From Macrostomum lignano (Eukaryota): a stretch of DNA of 64,000 nucleotides. Below the pieces are notes generated by a model. It saw only the letters and a list, made by a program, of their open reading frames with translations, was not told where the DNA came from and made no database searches. Both the position numbers and the translations under genes were made by a program. The DNA lies in contig NIVC01000296.1 in the NCBI GenBank assembly GCA_002269645.1, forward strand, positions 620,001 to 684,000, in the 5' to 3' direction. Shown here one piece after another: positions 63,337 through 64,000 of this stretch (positions within the stretch are counted from its first letter, which is position 1; each line of letters begins with the position of its first letter).

Positions 63337-64000
63337 ATTGGAATTCAAATTGAAAGATAAGAATTTTGAGTTATAATGAAAAGAAAGGATAGTAGGGGTT
63401 GTGTGCGAGAAAAGAGAAAGGTATGAAGTCTATAATGTCACGCGTTTTAAACTCAGCAACCACCCAATCCCAAAAAGCTGGACACCATTTGTACACTGTT
63501 AGACTGTCAGTGTGTACAGCAAGCCTAAATTCACTCCAATACCCGCCTGCTAATTGGTCAGGACTTTTTTATTATTCAATACTCTATCTCAAACACCTAA
63601 CTCTAACTCTCCTATGTGAAAGGATTCAGATAAATTTTCTGAACTGGAGGCGCAAGCCTCAGTAGCCAATGTACATCTATCTCTGTGGCACTTTTGGACT
63701 TTTTTATAATCAGACGGTTTTATTACATTTTGGAGGGTCAGTCTCAACATGGTTCGTATATTGTGAATCAATTAGATACTGTATATATGTGCATGTATTT
63801 CACTCTCTCACTATCCCTCTCTCCAGCATTTAAAGTTAGTATGTCAATTGTGCACGGGGACATTTTATAATGTACAATCTTTTCTCGCAGTCTACATTTA
63901 TAGTTCTCTAGCCTGGCGACAAAAAATACTACTTTACTGGGCGCTGCAAAGTTCAATTCCAATAAGAATGGCTCACAGTAGGAAGTTCTGCTTGACCCTT

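Overview
Repeat-rich animal genomic DNA with spliceosomal introns. The density of micro- and minisatellites and the transposon repertoire suggest a free-living flatworm such as Macrostomum (inference, not verified). Host genes read from the sequence: the first three exons of a class C GPCR (mGluR-like Venus-flytrap domain, minus strand); a complete 6-exon KICS2/C12orf66 orthologue (minus); a divergently transcribed secreted CUB + 6x LDLa gene (plus, 10 exons); an unidentified plus-strand gene; and an ankyrin-repeat + Mab-21/cGAS-like nucleotidyltransferase (cGLR) gene carrying two lesions. Mobile DNA: two Mag-type Gypsy elements, an intact and very young Copia element, an RTE-like LINE, an internally deleted RNase-H LINE, tRNA-derived SINEs, MITE-like elements, and a 9-exon STPR-OTU-Rep-helicase Helitron. 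About 20 tandem arrays are present, mostly intronic, and they explain most long ORFs in the track. Top leads: (1) the ANK-cGLR with a presequence-like N-terminus; (2) a 30-nt Copia primer-binding site that stops exactly at tRNAiMet position 10, next to m1G9; (3) a sharply bounded 1.7-kb CpG desert in the 5' body of KICS2; (4) the spliced OTU-Helitron; (5) a minisatellite built from a duplicated splice donor.
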